A stretch of 64,000 nucleotides of DNA from Mobula birostris (lineage: Eukaryota). Both the position numbers and the translations under genes were made by a program. Shown here piece by piece: positions 10,400-23,504 of the stretch; position 1 is the stretch's first letter; the number at the start of each line of letters is the position of its first letter. The notes under the pieces are model-generated. The model searched no databases. It was not told the DNA's origin and was given only the letters and a program-made list of their open reading frames with translations. The DNA lies in contig NC_092370.1 in assembly GCF_030028105.1 (NCBI RefSeq), positions 113,908,793-113,972,792 of the forward strand, read 5' to 3'.

Positions 10400-13300
10400 T
10401 ATTGTTATACACAGAGATCAGTGGGAATAGAAGCTAGAGCAGTGGTGTGCTTCTCTTGCATGCTGTGGAAGTTAGGGAGATGTCTATACCTGTGATAAGG
10501 GAGATGTCTATACCTGTGATAAGTGCATCCACATTTACAAACCGTATTAGGGAATTGGAGCTGGTGCTAGATGACCTTCAGATCATTCAGAAAATTGAGG
10601 GGTTCATAGGAGTTACAGAAAGATGGTGTTGCTGGAAGCAGGTTGCTGGGTGATCATGAAGATAGGGAAGGTGTATTGGCAGGCAGTGCAGAATACCCGT
10701 GTGGCCTTTCCCCTCAACAAGTTTTTGTAATTTTTTATAGTTTAAGGGAGATGACCTACCACTGTGGTCAGTGTCTCAGCACTCAGTATGTCTCTTTGGT
10801 TCAGAAAGGAAGGTGGGTGGGAGAGGAAGAAGAGGCCAGTAGTAGTGATGGAGGTCATTGGTTAGCACTACTTAGTGAAACAGACAGGAGGACCAGAGAC
10901 AAGAACAAGACTCTTGGATGGTATATTGCCTCCCAGATACAGAGGATCAGAGATATCTTGAATTGAGCCCATAGCCATCTTAAGGGAAAGGGTGAGAAGT
11001 AATAAGTCATAGTACACATTGATACCAATGATATAAGCAGGAAAAGTGACGAGGACTTGCAAAATGAGTTGAAGGCATAAGGTACGAAATTAAGAGACAG
11101 GACCTCCAAGATGGAGATCGTAGGAAGCTACCCATGCTAGTGAGGTAAAAAATAAGGAAGACAGTGCAATTAAGTTGTGACTCCGCAGATGGCACATGGG
11201 AGTGGCTTCAGAGTTTTTGGATCACTGAATTCCATTCCGGAGCAGGTGGCATCTTGCAAATAAGACAGTTTTCACCCAAACTGGAGAGGAACCGAAATCC
11301 TTGCAGGAAGGTTTGCTAATCCTGCTCGGAAGTGTTCAAACTAATGTTTAAGAGGGATGGTATCCAAAGTGGCAGGACAGCAATGAAGTGGTTGTGGAAA
11401 AAAAAGAGATGTCATGACTGCAAGGAAAGATTTTGTGGATGTTGCTTTGCATTTCCAGCACCTGCAGAATTTCTCGTTTTTAAGCAGAGATGGAAACTGC
11501 AAGATTGAACAGGGTGGAATAATGTTCTGAGTTGCCTCTATTGCAAGACAAGGACGGTTGTATGTAAGTCTGATACACATAGGGCATCGATCCATGCGTG
11601 TACTTATGATGTTGAAACCATTATTAAGACATAGTTACAGGAGGGGCAGGACTGACAGCCCAATGTTCTGGCATTCTGCTGATCTAGACATGACAGAGAA
11701 TGAAGTAATAAAAGGGAAGGATTACCCATACATTACTCATCAGGGCTATTGTCACAGCAAAGCTCGGATGACATACGGAAGGCTCATCTGCCAAGGCATT
11801 TTTTGTTAAACTGTGGAATAAAAATTGGATGACCATGTTAATGGGACATGATAGACCTTCCAATGGTCAGCAGGATTTTGAGGAACAAATTCGTAGGGAG
11901 ATAGCAGACCGTTGCATGTTTGTTACTTTATCTCATACAGATGAAAGAGCAACCCAGCAGGGAAGGTAGCAACTACAGAAAGGAATAAACAGTCAATGTT
12001 TTTGGCTAGGACCCTTCATCAGGACTCATGAAGGGTCCTGATAAAAGGTCTTGGCCTGACAAATTGATTCTTTATTCTTTTTTATTGGAAAACCTGACCT
12101 CATGAGTTCCCCAGGATTTTTTATGTGTTACTCTGGATTTCCAGCACCTGCAGAATCTCTAGTATTTAGGTTGAGATAGTGGGTGATTTTAAGTTTCTGC
12201 ATATTGACTGGTACTACCATACTGTAAAAGATCTGGATGAAGTTGAGTTTGTCAAATGTGTTCAGGAAAGAATCATTATCAATTTGCAGAGTTCCCAGCT
12301 AAAGAGAGCACAATATTGGATCTCTTCTTAGGAAATGAGATAGGGCAGGTGGCAGAAGTGAATATAGGGAAACACTTTGGACATAGTGATCATAATTACC
12401 ATAGACTTCAAAATAATTATGGAGATTGGATAGGATTGGTTTTCAAGTTAAGATTCTAAACTGGAGGAAAACCAATTTTTATGACATCAGAAGCAAACTA
12501 CCAGGTGTGGATTGGGATAGGCTGTTTTCTAACAGAAAGACACTGGCAGGTGGGTGGTCTTCAACAGAATTGAGTATTGAGAGTATACAATATGTATATT
12601 TCTGTTAGGATAAAAAGCAAGGCTGACAGTTTGAAGGAACCTTATTTATCATGGGATATTGAGGACCTTGTAAACAAAAGGAAGCACATATCAGGTATTG
12701 GTAGCTAGTGTTAAACGGGGCAATTGAGGAATGTAAGACATGCCAGAGAACACAAGCGAAAGATCAGGAAGGCTGAAAAGGGATAATTGGTTGGTCCAGC
12801 ATACAGGATGAACCAGAATCCAAGGGTTCTGTAGGTACTTGGAGCAAGAGGATAGCAAGGGACAAAATTGGTCCATGTTCTGATTACAGAAGAGGAGGTT
12901 CTTACTATCTTGAGACAAATTTAGGGTGAATAAATCCCAAAGGCCCGACGAGGTGTCCTCTCCAACCCTGTGGGAGGTTAGTGCAGAAATTACAGGGGCC
13001 CAGGCAGTAATATTTAAAACATCCTTACCCATGTGTGAGTTACTGGAGGACTGGAGGGTCACTAACATTTAAGAATGTTCTAAGAATAAACAGGAAATTA
13101 GAGCCTGGTGAACCTGATATTAGTCGTGGGTAAATTATCGGAAGGTTTTTTTTCCATGGGTAGGATATACATGTACCAGTGTTTGGATAGACAGGGCCTG
13201 AAAAGAGATAAGCAATATGACTTAATGCATGGTAAGTCATGTTTAACTAATTTATAGAGATTTTTTAAGGAGGTTACCAAGAAGTTTGATGAAGGGAACA

Positions 13301-13600
13301 CAATGGTCTTTAGAAAAGCCTTTGATAAATTACGACATGGCAGAATCGTCAAGAAGATTAAGTCGCCTGGTATTCAGGATGAGGTAGTCAGTTAGATTCA
13401 ATGTTGTCTTAGCGGAAGAAGCCACAGAGTGGTGGTTAATGTTTGACTCTCTGCCTGGAGGCCTGTGACTAGTGCTGTGCTGCAGGAATCGGTGCTTGAT
13501 CCATTGATGTTGGTCACTTATATTAATGATTTAAGTGACAATCTGGTAAACTGGATCAGCGGATGATACTAAGATTGGGGCCATAGTGAACGTCATGCCA
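10400..13600 (+). mobile_element. Decayed CR1 LINE, unit copy B
   Basis: Position 1 aligns with ~10852 (aggtcattggttagcactacttagtgaaacagacagg) and colinearity continues. Confidence 0.8.
10476..10523. repeat. Perfect 24-bp tandem duplication
   Basis: ggagatgtctatacctgtgataag twice; single in copy C (~19905). Confidence 0.95.
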
Positions 13601-13674
13601 TTTACATTCACATCCAAATTATTTACATAATAATTTATAACAGAAATCCCAACACTGACCCCCTGGGTAAACTG

Positions 13675-13900
13675 AAATTTAATAAGAACTGTACAAAGAA
13701 AAGGAAAATAATAAATGCTAAGCCAATACGGCTGCTAACTACATTCAAAATAGAAATCTAATGCTGACACTGAGCTTCAGAAGCAGAACTGAATACGAAA
13801 TTAGTACCGCTCCTTTAAGGCATCAATCCCTATGCATATGTGAGGAACAATGTGATCTAGATTGGCGTTGACCTCAGACACAGGAGAGAGCATCGGCCTC
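13675..13900 (-). mobile_element. Fused LTR and internal remnant of the chromovirus in copy B
   Basis: The LTR start matches 2975 and 23505, then jumps to sequence matching 4750-4830 and 25905-25990. Confidence 0.7.
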
Positions 13901-14647
13901 GGTATCATCTGCCTGTCCTTCCTCACAGTCTCACTACACACTTCATCGACTGTCCCATCCTCAGCCCTATCACTCCTGTTCCCAATCCCCTGCCAAATTA
14001 GTTTAAACTTTCTCTAGCTGCTCTACCAAACCTGCTCGCAAAGATATTGATCCCCTTTGGGTTCAGGTTTAACCGATCCCTTTTGTACAATTCATAATGT
14101 CCTTATATGTGATCCCAATGATCCAACAATCTGAAACCCTGCCCCCTACACCAGATGCTCAGCCACTCATTCATCGTACTTCTGCCCTGACTAACATGTG
14201 GAACTGGGGGTAATCCAGAAATTACTCATACTCTGTGGCCTCTTCCCTGACTCCCTATGCTCACTGTGCAAAATCGATTCCCCATTTTCACTAATGTCAT
14301 TGGTGTCAACGTGCACTTTGTCTGGTTACCCTACCTCTTCTGCAGCTGCTCTGAGACTTCCTTAATCCTTGCACCTGGGAGGCAGCACACCATTCTGCGT
14401 CTTTGTCACGGCCACCAAATCTCTTGTTCGTTCCTGAATTATTGAGTCTCCTATCACTATCTCTGTACCTGATTTTACCCTTCCCTGCTGAGCCACAGAG
14501 CCGGCCATACTGCCACTGGCCTGGCTGCTGCTGCTGTGCACTGACAGGTCATTCTTCCCCCAACCCCCACTGTAGTATCCCACTGTAATATTTGTTGTTG
14601 AAGGGAATGAATATTAGAAAATATGATGTCATCCTATCCTGTTTAAT

Positions 14648-14744
14648 GTCCTGACGCAGGGTCTCAGCCTGAAACGTTGACTGCACCTCTTCCTAGAGAT
14701 GCTGCCTGGCCTGCTGCGTTCACCAGCAACTTTTATGTGTGTTG
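14648..14744 (+). mobile_element. 97-bp Penelope-terminus mini-insertion with perfect 14-bp TSD
   Basis: TSD ctatcctgtttaat at 14634-14647 and 14745-14758. Confidence 0.8.
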
Positions 14745-14979
14745 CTATCCTGTTTAATAGTAGCTTTCTTGCAAATGATGGGAGTTTGCAAGGTGTGTAT
14801 GTTCAGAGGGCCCAGGATGCCTTTGCACATTATTCACTGAAAGCCAATATCCAGATATAACAATCTATGAGGGAGGTAAATCAAGGAGTTGGATATAATC
14901 TCCAGAGATCAGGGCAACAAAGAGGTGGATGAGGGAGGTAGATAAGCGACTATTGCTATAAGGGATTGCTTCGAGTGGT

Positions 14980-16850
14980 CTGGGCCATTTTCAAGGACAC
15001 ATCTATGGATCTAAATAAATACACCTACACCATGTAGGTTCAATGGGCACCTACATCATGTACTTTAGAAAAACAGTTGTAGCGAGTATGTCCCCACAAC
15101 ATTATTCAGAGTCTTCTCCCGCCACAAGCCTTGTATGAATCATGAAATCAGCAATTTGCTGATGGCCAGATTGGAGGTATTTAAGTCTTGTGGCCAAGAA
15201 AATTACAAGAGATCCAGATACATTCTCTGGAAAGCCTCCTTATGGGCAAAATGGCAATGCCAGACTAAACCTGAATCAGCGAAGAATACTCTACAGTTGT
15301 GGTAGGGCTTGAATACTATCACCTCTCATAAAGTAAAATCAAATGACATAGGTGACAACAAGACTCACTTTCAGATGAACGCAGTGCCTTCTGTGCTTGC
15401 TTTGACCATCAAAACATGGAGGAACCATCACAAGCACTCACAGTGCCAGATGATCGAGTGATTTTAGTCTCTGAGGCTGATGTACGAGCAATCTTCAGGA
15501 AGATGAAGCCATGAAAATCATCCAGCCCAGATATGACACCTGGCCAAGTACTAAAGACCCGTGCTAATCAACTGGCTGTACTGTTCACTGGCCTTTAACC
15601 TCTCACTTCAGCTGATGTACCCATCTTCTTCAATCAGATTTCACTTATTCTGGTGCCTCAGAAGAACACGGTAACCTGCCTCAATGACTGAAATCCAGTA
15701 TCACTTACATACACGGTGAGAAAATGGTTTAAGAAGTGACATTTTAACATGACATGTAAACATTTACGTGATATTTCAACACATGAGCTCCTCCTAATAA
15801 GCAACTTGGTTCTGCTCCAATTTGCCTACCGGCGCAAGAGGGCCACAGCAGATGTCATCTCATTGGTTCTTTACTGAACTCTGGACCATCTTCACAGCAA
15901 AGATGCATATATCAGCATGCTCTTTGTTGGCTACAGCTTGGCACTCAATACCATCTTCCGCTCAGAACTAATTAACAATTTTCAAGACCTTGGCCTCAAT
16001 AACTCCTTGTGAAAATAGATCCTCGATTTCTTCACTTTCAGACCCCAGTCAGTTCAGATTGGCAGCATCATATCCCCCACAATCTCCATCAGCACAGGTG
16101 CACCACAAGGCTGTGTGCTGATTCCACTGCTCTACTCACTTTGCACATGACTGAGTAGCTAAGCACATCTCCAATGCCATATTAAAGATTGCTGATGACA
16201 CCACTGTCGTACGCCAACTCATAGGTTATGACGAATCAGCATATAGGAGGGAGCTTGAAAATCTGACTGAGTCTGACAACCATTTACTCAATCACAGAAC
16301 GACCTGAAGGTTATTGAATTCAGGAGGAGGAAATCAGGAGTCCATGAGCGAATTCTTGTTGGCGGTTAGAGGTGGAGAGGGTCAGCAACTTGAAATTTCT
16401 TGGTGTTAACATTTTGGAGGACCTGTCTTGGGCCCATCAGGTGAGGGCAATTATAAAGAAAACATGCAGTGGTTCGAATTCCTTAGGATTTTGTGCATCT
16501 TTGGTATGATATCTAAAACTTTGACAAACTATAGATGTGTGGTGGAGAATGTATTGACTGGCTGCATCACAGCGTGGTATAGAATCACCAATGCTCTTGA
16601 ATGGAAAGCCTTCAAAAACTAGTGGATATGGCTCAATCCATCATGGGTAAAGACTTCCCCACCATTATGAGCATCTACACGGCACGTTGTCATAGGACAG
16701 AAACATCTGTAATCAGAGATGCCCCCACCGACCAAGCCACATTACTGGTCGTGCTCTCCTCTCTCTGCTCCCATCAGGAAGTATGTACAGGAGCCTCAGA
16801 ACTCACACCACCAGGTTCAGGAACAGGTATTATCCCTCCACAAATGAATC
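14980..16850 (+). mobile_element. Decayed Rex1/Babar LINE, present in copy B only
   Basis: APQGCVL and IADDTTVV motifs; 3' part YRCVVENVLTGCITAWY..TTRFRNRYYP. Confidence 0.8.
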
Positions 16851-17462
16851 AAATGGTATATCTTCACCTGCCACATCACTGAAATGTTCCCACAACATAT
16901 GGGCACACTTTCACGGACCTTCACCTCATTTCCTCAGTATTTTTTGCTTAATTATTTGTGTGTGATTGAACGAGAGAGGATGCAGCAAAGATTCATAAGT
17001 ATGTGTCTGGGATTGGAGGATGTTAGTTAGAGAGATCAGCCTAACTCGTCCTTACTGAGCACCTGCATTTAACCCGTATTTCTCTGAACCTTTCTTATCC
17101 ATGTAGATGCCCAAATGACTTTTAAATCTCACGATGGTTTCTGCCTCTAACACTTCCTCCAGAAGCTTGTTGCCTGTACCCACCGCCCTTTTCCTGAAGA
17201 ACCTACCACACAGGTCTCTTATAGATCTTTCCCCTCTCAGTTTAAATTTATCGTCTCTAGTTTGGACTCTCTGCGGAAATATTCTCGCAATTCACTGTTA
17301 TCGAGCGACGGGTGTAAATGAATAGACTGTCGATGAGGCTCATCGGGTAACTTTCGCGGAAATGGATAGAGTTCTTTATCTTGGAAAGGTGATGGCATTT
17401 ACTGCATAAGCTGCGAATTCGCTAAGTCGGAAATGATTCGTGTGACCTCCACGCTGAGGAAG

Positions 17463-17501
17463 AGTTTTTGTCAGCGGCTCCGGTTGCAGTTTAACTCTGT
17501 G
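17463..17501 (-). promoter_or_regulatory. 23-RSS of V2: CACAGAG + 23 bp + ACAAAAACT
   Basis: Heptamer 17495-17501 keeps the essential CAC (one mismatch to CACAGTG). Spacer is exactly 23 nt; nonamer 17463-17471. Confidence 0.93.
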
Positions 17502-17925
17502 GGTCCCAATAGGCACAGTAATAAGTGCCGGAGTCCTCTTTCTCGAGACGGGTCACAGTTAGAGAATACTGTTTTTGTCGATCATTGCCCACTGTAAATC
17601 TGTTATCAAATCCATCGTCGCGTACGTTGCCCCCATTATTGAAATAGAGGATCCTGACCGGGCGTTGCCCATCTGGCTGCCGGTACCAGTGGATATAGTC
17701 CGTGTTCGCTTTGCCCAGATCGCACTTCATTCTAGCAATTTTGCCCTCATTTTCGGTGATGGACATCGGAAACTGTTCCAATTCATCACCGAGACATCTG
17801 CCTGTGGAAACAGAAATCAAAGTCATAGCATGTTTAAAAGACTGAAACAAATAGAGAGGAAATGGATGAAAATCAATCAACTAACGGAGGAAAAGTATCA
17901 CAAAAGCCACGCAACCCAGCCGCAT
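17502..17925 (-). CDS. TRGV: Intact TCR-gamma-type V segment V2 (family A). Leader exon 17886-17925, intron 17802-17885, V exon 17502-17801
   Basis: Spliced product MRLGCVAFVILFLRRCLGDELEQFPMSITENEGKIARMKCDLGKANTDYIHWYRQPDGQRPVRILYFNNGGNVRDDGFDNRFTVGNDRQKQYSLTVTRLEKEDSGTYYCAYWD. GT/AG sites, both canonical Cys and the Trp are intact, and an RSS follows directly. Confidence 0.93.
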
Positions 17926-18514
17926 GGTGTTTGTCGAGTTGTGACTGTATTTGACACAGATTTAGGCGTGGCCTGGCTAGTTATAAATAACAGCACGCTG
18001 CACGTCCCACTTTCTCTCAACGTGTCACAGACCACGCCTTCCAAACCCATTTGAAAACGACACTATTATTTCCTCTGCATAAAATGAGATTTTGTTAGAA
18101 TTGCACAGCAGTTCATTATACGATTTTTTTGGGGGTTCGAACTTGCTCCGCTTAACATGAAGAAATCCGTCACGATACCAGGCCTTTCGGGGCCAACAAG
18201 CCCGGGCCATCCAATTCCATCAATGTGATCAATTAACCTACTAACCAGTAAACAGGAGAAATTTTCAGATGCTGAAGGACTTCTCACGCTGACTTCTGCG
18301 TGAGACTTCAAGACTTTTGGGTGGGATGTTTGATGAACCGAGTGCCATCAACACCATGTCTGTGATTCTGTCAATCTTTCCCAATTAACGTGGTTTTAAT
18401 GATGCTAACTGGGCAGGAAGTCTCAGTAGATATTAACTTACATTAGCTTCCGTTGGGAAATTTGAATGCACGATATCTATTTGTTTCTTTAGTGATACAC
18501 CGCGAGGTAGGCCC

Positions 18515-18618
18515 AGCCACCCCCGACAAACGGTATTAACCCTAACCTAATCACGGAACAATTTACAACCCGGAGCTGTAATAGCGTCGCGCTAATCGCT
18601 GCGCTACCGCGGTGCCTG
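18515..18618 (-). mobile_element. Internally deleted HE1-like tRNA SINE
   Basis: Reverse complement begins ggcaccgcggtagcgcagcgattagcgcgacgctattacagc (A-box-like head). Confidence 0.55.
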
Positions 18619-19849
18619 GTCAGTTCACGTTCTTTATTGAACGCCCAGGACCCTCTTTCCTGTCGCTGTAAACCTCCAAGTGCTATAACTAAGCAAGTCC
18701 TAGATGTAAACCTTCTCCTTAAATTAACTCATTCGTTACAATTTTTCTTCTGGTAACTCCTTTAGGACAGGTTAGGTTAATCGATTCGGAAACTTCCTGT
18801 GTACATGCTCCGACTGAAATCGCTCTCCCAGCCGTAAGTCGATAAGACACAGGAGCAGGATTAGGCCATTCGATCCATCGAGTCAGCTCGGCCATTTAAT
18901 CATATCTGTTTCCTTTTCCCTTTCTTGTCTTCTCCGATTACCCTTTGACACTATGACTAATCAAGTACCTAAGAGCCTCCGCTTCAATAAACCCAATAAC
19001 TTGGCCTCCATGGCCGTTTGTGGCAATGAATATCACAGATTCTCAGAAATACCTCCTGGTCTCTGTTCTGAAATGATGTTCTGTTATGTGCCTTTGGTCC
19101 TGGACTCCCCCACTACTGGAAAAATCCTCTCATCGTCCAGGCCTTAACATATTCAGTAGGTTTCAAAGAGATATCCCTTAGTCTTCTAGGCACCAGCGAG
19201 AACAGGCCTGCTACCATCAAACGTCATTATGTGATAAGCCTTTCATTCCTGGAACCATTCCCCTAAACCTCCTCTGGACCCCCTCTAATGCCAGGGCATT
19301 CTTTCTCGGGTATGGAGCCAAAATTACTCACAGTACTCCATATATAGTCTACTGATCTCTTATAAAGACTAAACATTACATTTTTCTATCAGATTTCTGA
19401 ATGGACAATGAATCCACATGTACTTCCTCACTATTTAAAGAGATAAAGCTAAGAGCTGGAAGTTGATATATTTCAATATGGATATAGGTCCTTTGGCCCC
19501 AATCGGCCATGCTGACCACAGCATCCTCCCTGCTAGTTCCAGCTGGTGCATTTGAGTCAGAGTCCTTCAAGCCCTTTCTTTCCATTTACCTATGCAAATA
19601 CATCTTAAATATTACAAATGCACCATCTCAACCACTTCCTCAGGCAGCTCACTATCCTTTGCATAAAGAGATTATCTTTTAGGTCTCTTTTAAATCTCTT
19701 CTCTGTTATCTTGTATCAGTGTCCTGTAGTTTTTGTCTTTCCAATCCTGGGGAAGAGGCTATGACCGGTCTATACCCCTCATGATTTAATAAACTTCTAC
19801 AAGTTTAAGTTCTTCTAACTTCTTTCTTTTTTGTTACACAGAGACACCA

Positions 19850-22800
19850 GTGGGAATAGAAGCTAGAGCATTGGTGTGCTTCTCTTGCGTGATGTGGAAA
19901 TTAGGGAGATGTCTGTACCTGTGATGAGTGCATCCACATTTACAAACTGTATTAGGGAATTGGAGCTGATGCTAGATCACCTTCAGGTCATTCAGAAGCT
20001 TGAGGGGTTGATAGGAGTTACAGAGAGATAGTTATCCCTATGTTGCTGGAAACAGGTAGCTGGTTGATGATGAAGATAGGGAAGGGGTATTGGCAGACAG
20101 TGTAGAATACCCATGTGGCCATTCCTCTCAACAGGTATATAATTTTAGATAGTTTTAGGGAGATGACCTATCAGTGGTCAGTGGTTTCCGCACTCAGTAT
20201 GTCTCTTTGGTTCAGAAAGGAAGATGGGAGCGCGTAGGAAGAAGAGGCCAGTATTAGTGATGGAGTTCATTCTTTAGCATTGGTTAGTGAATCAGACAGG
20301 AGGATCCGAGAGAAGAACAAGACACTTGGATGGTACATTGCCTCCCAGGTATAGAGGATCAGAGATATCTTGAATTGAGTCCATAGCCATCTTAAGGGAG
20401 AGGGTGAGAAGCCACAAGTCATGGTAAATATTGGTACCAATATTTTAAACAGGAAAAGTGACGAAGACCTGCAAAATGTGTGCAGGGAGTTAGGTGCTAA
20501 GTCAAAAGAAAGGACTTCCAAGATGGAGATGTCAGGATTGCTGTCCAGGCTAGTGAGACAAAAATAAGGAAGACAGTGCAGTTTAACATTTGGCTAAGCA
20601 GATGGTGCATTGTAGAGGGCTTCAGAGTTTTTGGATCACTGAACTCCATTCCAGGGCAGGCGGGATCTCTGCAAATAGGACAGTTTTCACCCAAACTGGA
20701 GAGGAACCAATATTCTTACAGGATGGTTTGCTAATCCTGCTCGGAAGTGTTCAAACTAATATTTAAGAGGGATGGTATCCAGAGTGATAGGACAGCAATG
20801 AAGTGGTTGTGGAAAAAAAGAGATGTAATGACTTTGAGCAAAGATTTTGTGGATGTTGCTTTGGATTCCCAGCATCTGCAGCATTTCTTGTTTTTATGGA
20901 GAGATGGAAACTGCAAGATTGAGCAGGGTGGATAAACGTTCTGACTTGCATCCATTGCAAAACAAGGACAGTTGTAGGTAAGGCTGATGCACATAGAGCA
21001 TGGATCCGTGCATGTACTAATAATATTGTAACCATTATTCAGACATGGTTACAGGAGCGGTGGGGGGGGGGGTGGTGAGGACTGACAGCTGAATGCTCTG
21101 GCATTCTGCATGACAGGGAAGGAGTTATTAAAAGGGTGGGGGGCGTACTCATACATTACCCATCAGGGATAATGTCACAGCAATGCTCAGATGATCAACG
21201 GAAGACTCATCTGCCAAGGCAATTTACGTGAATCTGTGGAATCAAAAAATGGATGACCATGTTAATGGGACTTTACAGAATTTCTAATAGCGAGCAGGAT
21301 TTGGAGGAATAAATTCATAGGGACATACTAGACAGTTGCAAGAAATATAAGGTTGTTACAGTAACACATACAAGATTTAAGAGTAACTCAGCAGGGAAGG
21401 CAGCAACTACAGAAAGGAATAAGCAGTCAATGTTTCTGGATGAGACCCTACATCAGGATTCATGAAGGGTGCTGATGAAGGGTATTGACCTGAAGCATTG
21501 GCGCTTTATTCCATTTCATGGGAAAACCTGACCTCATGAGTTCCTCCAGGATGTTATTTGTGTTACTCTGGATTTCTAGCATCTGCAGAATCTCTAGTGT
21601 TTAGGTTGAGATAGCGGGTGATTTTAACTTTCTGCATGTTGTCTGTGACTCCCATAGTGTAAAAGAACTGGATGAGGTTGAATTTGTCAAATGTGTTCTG
21701 GAAAGAATCATTATCAATATGCAGAGCTCCCAACTAAATAGAACATAATATTGGATCTCTTCTTAGGAAATGAGACAGGGCAGGTGACAGAAGTGAATAT
21801 AGGGAAACGCTTTGATATAGTGATCATAATTCCATCAACTTCAGAATAATTAGGGAGATTGTATAGGATTGGTTTTCAAGTTAAGATTCTAAACTGGTGG
21901 AAGAGCAATTTTGATGGCATCAGAAGCAATCTGCCAGGTGTGGATAGGGATAGGTTGTTTTCTAACAAAGAGACACTGGCAGTGGGTGTCCTTCAGCAAA
22001 ATTGAGTATTGAGACTACACAATATATGTATTTCTATTAGGATAAAAAGCAATGCTCACAGGTTGAAAGAACCTTAATTATCATGGGATATGAGGAGTTG
22101 GTAAACAAAAAGAAGCACATATCAATCAGGTATCGGCAGCTAGTGTTAAATGAGGCACTTGAGGAATATAAGACATGCAAGAGAACACAGGCGAAAGATC
22201 AGGAAGGCTGAAAAGGGATAAATGGTTGCTTCAGCAGTCAAGCTGAAGCAAAATCCAGGGTATGTTTGGAGCAAGAGGATAGCAAGGGACGAAATTGGTC
22301 CTCTTGAAGATTAAGTTGGTCATATATGCATGGAGCTAAAGGAGATGGGGAAAATATTAAATGTTCTATTTTTGTGTTTGCATTTACTCAGGAGACAGAC
22401 ACAGATACCATAGAATCTGGCAAAACACTGGAGGTCATGGACCATGCCCTGATTACAGAAGAGGAAGTGCTTGCTGCCTTGAGAAGAATTTAGGGTGAAT
22501 AAATGCCAAAGGCCTGATGAGGTGTCCCATCCAACCCTGTGGGAGGCTAGTGCAGAAATTACAGGGGCCCTGGCAGTAATATTTAAAACATCCTTACCCG
22601 TGGGTGAGGTACTGGAGGACTGGAGGGTCGCTAACATTTAAGAATGGTTCTAAGAATAAACAGGAAATTAGAGCCTGGTAAAAGTGACATTAGTCGTGGG
22701 TAAATTATCCGAAGGTTAATGATGGACAGAATGTACATGTACCAGTGTTTGGAATGACAGGGCCTGATAAGAGAGAAGCAATATTGCTTAATGCGTGGTA

Positions 22801-23420
22801 AGTCATGTCTAACTAATTTATAGAGATTTTTTAAAAGTGGTTACCAAGAAGTTTGATAATGGGAACGCAGTCATGTTTAGAAAGGCCTTTGATAAATTCC
22901 TACATGGCAGACTCGTCAAGAAGATTAAGTCGCTTGGCATTCAGGATGAAGTCAGTTAGATTGAATATTGGCTTAGTGGAAGTAGCCAGAGAAAGGTGGT
23001 TAATGTTCGTCTCTCTGCTTGCAGGTCTGTGACTAGTGCTGTGCTGCAGGAATCAGTGCTTGATCCATTGTTGTAGTTCACTTATATTAATGATCTAAAT
23101 GACAATATGTTAAACTGGATCAAGGTGCTTGGAAGTAGGTACAGAGGAGATGTCAGGGTAAGTTTTTTATGCAGTGAGTGGTGAGAATGGGCTGCTGGCA
23201 GCAGTGGTGGATGCTAAAATGATAGTGTCTTTTAAGATACTCCTGGATGGCTACATAGAGCTTAGAAAAATAGAGGGACATTGGTACAGCCTAGGTAGTT
23301 CTAAGTTAGGGACATGTCCGGCACAGCTTTGTGGGCTGAAGGGCCTGTAATGTGCTGTAGGTTTTCTATGTTTCTGTGTTTCTAACAAATTTGCCGATGA
23401 TACCAAGATTGAGGATATAG
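19850..23420 (+). mobile_element. Decayed CR1 LINE, unit copy C
   Basis: Colinear with copies A and B. The block 19470-19850 matches 10050-10400. Confidence 0.8.
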
Positions 23421-23504
23421 TGAACATCGTGCTATATACGTTCACATGCAAATCATTTACATAATAATTAATAACAGAGGTCCCAACACTGACCCTTGGG
23501 TAAA

